DNA of 64,000 nucleotides from Neophaeotheca triangularis (Eukaryota): NCBI GenBank assembly GCA_054600435.1, contig BAAIJX010000001.1, positions 1,116,001 to 1,180,000 of the forward strand, read 5' to 3'. Shown piece by piece: positions 61,580 to 64,000 of this stretch (position 1 is its first letter; each line of letters starts with the position of its first letter). The notes under the pieces were generated by a model. It saw only the letters and a program-made list of their open reading frames with translations, ran no database searches and was not told where the DNA came from. The position numbers and the translations under genes were made by a program.

Positions 61580-64000
61580 TCAAGCGCCATTCGTCTCAAC
61601 CTCATCGGCCCAATCCTCCACACCGCCTTCATTTGAGCCTGGCATCTCTTTTCGAGCATCAGAGTCGACCTCGGTACCGGCAACAGGAACCTCGCCAGTC
61701 GAGGCCACCGCAGCGACAGGTGCAGGCTCTGCAGCAGAGGCAGAAGACCCAGCAGCAGGTTCGTCTCCGCGCACAAATCCCAGCGCAGAAGACTCAGCGA
61801 CAGCAGTCGACGGGCCAGCAACAACAGCACTCGCATCAGAGGGGCCGGCATCCGTGGCCTCACCACCACCACCACCACCACCACCACCACCATTACTCCG
61901 CACCTCCCCATCAAAAGTCCTCCTAGCAATCTCCCCACTGACCTCATCCGGCACCAACCCCTCCTCCTTCCTCTCCTCCGCAATCTCCGCGGCCTCCCAA
62001 TCCTCGACAACACTCTCCTGCCTCTTCTTCACTTTCTCAGCCTTGACCCTCTTCGTAAAAGTCATCTTCCCACTCCCAGCATTCCCACTCCCCCCACTCC
62101 CACTCAAAGCAGAAAAAGCATTCGAGCTCGCACCACCAGACCCAACCGCAGGCGCCCAGCGCGGCGCGGCCTTTTTGGCAGCGACGCGAGACCAGCCATC
62201 GCCCGCGGCAGCGCTGTCGGATTCGCGGCGCAAGACGTTGAGAGAAGCGTCGGTGGTGCAGAGTTGGAGCGAGCCGTAGCCTTTGCCCGCGATCGCGGTG
62301 GCGAGCGGCTGGCGCAAAGCGTGCAGAGCTTGCTGCAGGTCCACGGCGTTTAGAGAGCGGGTGAGGGCTTTGAGGACGACTTCTTCGCTGGGGAGGAATT
62401 CGGGGTCGAAAGTTATTGCGAGTGAGGGCGGCATCAGCGGGGTGAGGACTGAGCGCAGTTCGTCCACGGTAAGTCCGAAGCGCGGGGAGCTGATTAGAAA
62501 GCCGTTGTAGGGGGCGCCGACTTCGTTGCTGGGGTTGGCCTTGGAGGGGCCTGCGCCTTCCGAGTCGGAGACGTTGGCCGAGGAGTTGAGGGCGGAGCGC
62601 TGAGCTTGGCGGATGCGGAGGCTTTCGGCCAGAGTCTTGTTGGGCGCTGCGACGAAACGCGGCGTTTTCCAGATCATGGCGTGGCGGTGTGGTTCCGGAT
62701 CCATGCTTTCCGAGTCGAAGCCAAAGTCTTCGGCTAGGTGGTGGATGAAGGCACGCTGGGCGGCTTTCATGGGTGCGAAGCGGAGACGTTTTTCGTCGTC
62801 CGAAGTAGCGAAGACGCGGAATTCGCGTTCTTGGGTTTGGCACCATTTGACGTGCTCGGCGAAGAGGTTGATGGTGTCGGCTGAGTAGGGGATGTGGTCG
62901 CCGCCTTCGACACGGCTGGATTGGTCGATGTTGAGGGCGATTGCTAGCTTTCTGTTCCGTTCCAGACGAGCGCACTCTTCGTTGCAGGCGAGAGACTTGC
63001 CGTTGTTGCCTTCAGAGGCCTTCGAAGCCAGACACTTGGCCTCCTGCTTTTGCGCTTGGCATGGACAAGTGATGAAGATCTTAGACTGGCAAGGCAGATC
63101 CTCCTTGCAGGGGTATGGAGAATGGCAAGGCGCGTTGTCGGGATGACCGCAGACCTTTTTGAACTTCCCGCAAGGCTGGGTACATGGCTTGCCTCCAGCG
63201 TCTTCGCACTCACCAGGTCGATGACACAGCTTTTGGCAAAAGTGAGTGCCGCAAGAGAGTTTCGCTCCACATGTTTGCCCGCAGAGTACATTCTGTAGCC
63301 AGCATTGCTGATTCTTCAACGTCTTCTTGCCACAAGCACAGCGCTTTTCCACAAGGAACGGACAATTCGGGCAAGCTTCGTCATCTTGATGACAGTGGTG
63401 CGGAACCTGAGGATGGCCGCAAGCCTTGGGTCGATTGCACGGGTGTCTGCATGGAGGTGGTTTGGTGCCGCAAGGGAGAGGAGGCTGCAAAACGGTGCGC
63501 CCACAATGGCACCCAATCTCCTCGAAGACAGCTTCTCGGCAAGTCGGGCATGGGCCTTTGTGGCAGAGCTCGGTACAAGTGTGAGTTCCGCAACGCAACA
63601 AGCGCCCGCATTCACGAGTGCAAATGTGCTCGGCTTCAAAGTCGTTGTCCAAAGTCCGCGGTGCCGCACTGAGGGGTTTTTGCTTTCGCTTTGTGCTCTG
63701 TCTGTGGATGGCTTTACGTTCGCCGGTGCAGCAGCGTTCTTCGCAAGCATGACGGCCACAGCTGAGATTTGCTCGGCAAATACGCATGCATTGTGGTGCT
63801 TCGTCAATGCCTTGATGGCAGACCGTTTTCGAAGAAGTCCTGCCGCATCGACAGCCAATCTCGGTGATTTGGAGGCATGGCGGGCACTCACCCTGGTGAC
63901 AGACTCGTGGGCATTGATGGCCGCAAGGTAAGAGAGACGCACACGGCTCATTGCAGATGGGTATCGGGTCGGAACAGCTCGTCCTCGGTTCGGAGGTAAC
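61580..64000 (-). CDS. NF-X1-type zinc finger and R3H domain protein (Fap1/NFX1-like), 5' end outside the window
   Basis: Tandem CGxHxCxxxCHxGxCxxC fingers and R3H motif FAPMKAAQRAFIHHLAEDFGFDSESMDPEPHR. The frame stays open from the window end at 64000. Confidence 0.93.
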   Translation of the reverse strand, partial: VTSEPRTSCSDPIPICNEPCASLLPCGHQCPRVCHQGECPPCLQITEIGCRCGRTSSKTVCHQGIDEAPQCMRICRANLSCGRHACEERCCTGERKAIHRQSTKRKQKPLSAAPRTLDNDFEAEHICTRECGRLLRCGTHTCTELCHKGPCPTCREAVFEEIGCHCGRTVLQPPLPCGTKPPPCRHPCNRPKACGHPQVPHHCHQDDEACPNCPFLVEKRCACGKKTLKNQQCWLQNVLCGQTCGAKLSCGTHFCQKLCHRPGECEDAGGKPCTQPCGKFKKVCGHPDNAPCHSPYPCKEDLPCQSKIFITCPCQAQKQEAKCLASKASEGNNGKSLACNEECARLERNRKLAIALNIDQSSRVEGGDHIPYSADTINLFAEHVKWCQTQEREFRVFATSDDEKRLRFAPMKAAQRAFIHHLAEDFGFDSESMDPEPHRHAMIWKTPRFVAAPNKTLAESLRIRQAQRSALNSSANVSDSEGAGPSKANPSNEVGAPYNGFLISSPRFGLTVDELRSVLTPLMPPSLAITFDPEFLPSEEVVLKALTRSLNAVDLQQALHALRQPLATAIAGKGYGSLQLCTTDASLNVLRRESDSAAAGDGWSRVAAKKAAPRWAPAVGSGGASSNAFSALSGSGGSGNAGSGKMTFTKRVKAEKVKKRQESVVEDWEAAEIAEERKEEGLVPDEVSGEIARRTFDGEVRSNGGGGGGGGGGEATDAGPSDASAVVAGPSTAVAESSALGFVRGDEPAAGSSASAAEPAPVAAVASTGEVPVAGTEVDSDARKEMPGSNEGGVEDWADEVETNGA

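Overview
Gene-dense euchromatic segment of a filamentous ascomycete. It has short GT-AG introns with CTRAC branch points, a dispersed 5S rRNA gene and microsatellite-rich intergenic DNA; the protein style suggests a Dothideomycete, which is an inference. It holds about 20 protein-coding genes, mostly conserved housekeeping or regulatory: MOT1, an FHA-forkhead factor, sphingolipid C9-methyltransferase, kappa-class GST, a Pho85-type cyclin, proteasome beta1, a Bem46-like hydrolase, a DHA2 MFS pump, 14-3-3, prenyltransferase alpha subunit, a trehalose synthase regulatory subunit, glycogen debranching enzyme, a SAM-HMG protein, a GST and a partial NF-X1/R3H gene. Many need splicing that the ORF track misses, so I rebuilt them by hand. 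No transposon, CRISPR array or secondary-metabolite core gene was recognised. The most interesting item is an intronless secreted precursor at 58953-59891 with a killer-toxin-like layout: signal, RR, Cys-containing domain, KR, acidic spacer, KR, and a candidate beta-pore-forming domain. Other leads are a strongly cationic 6-Cys small secreted protein, a spliced in-frame uORF ahead of the cyclin, and a possible readthrough-derived peroxisomal signal on the GST. All family calls come from motif recognition, not database searches.
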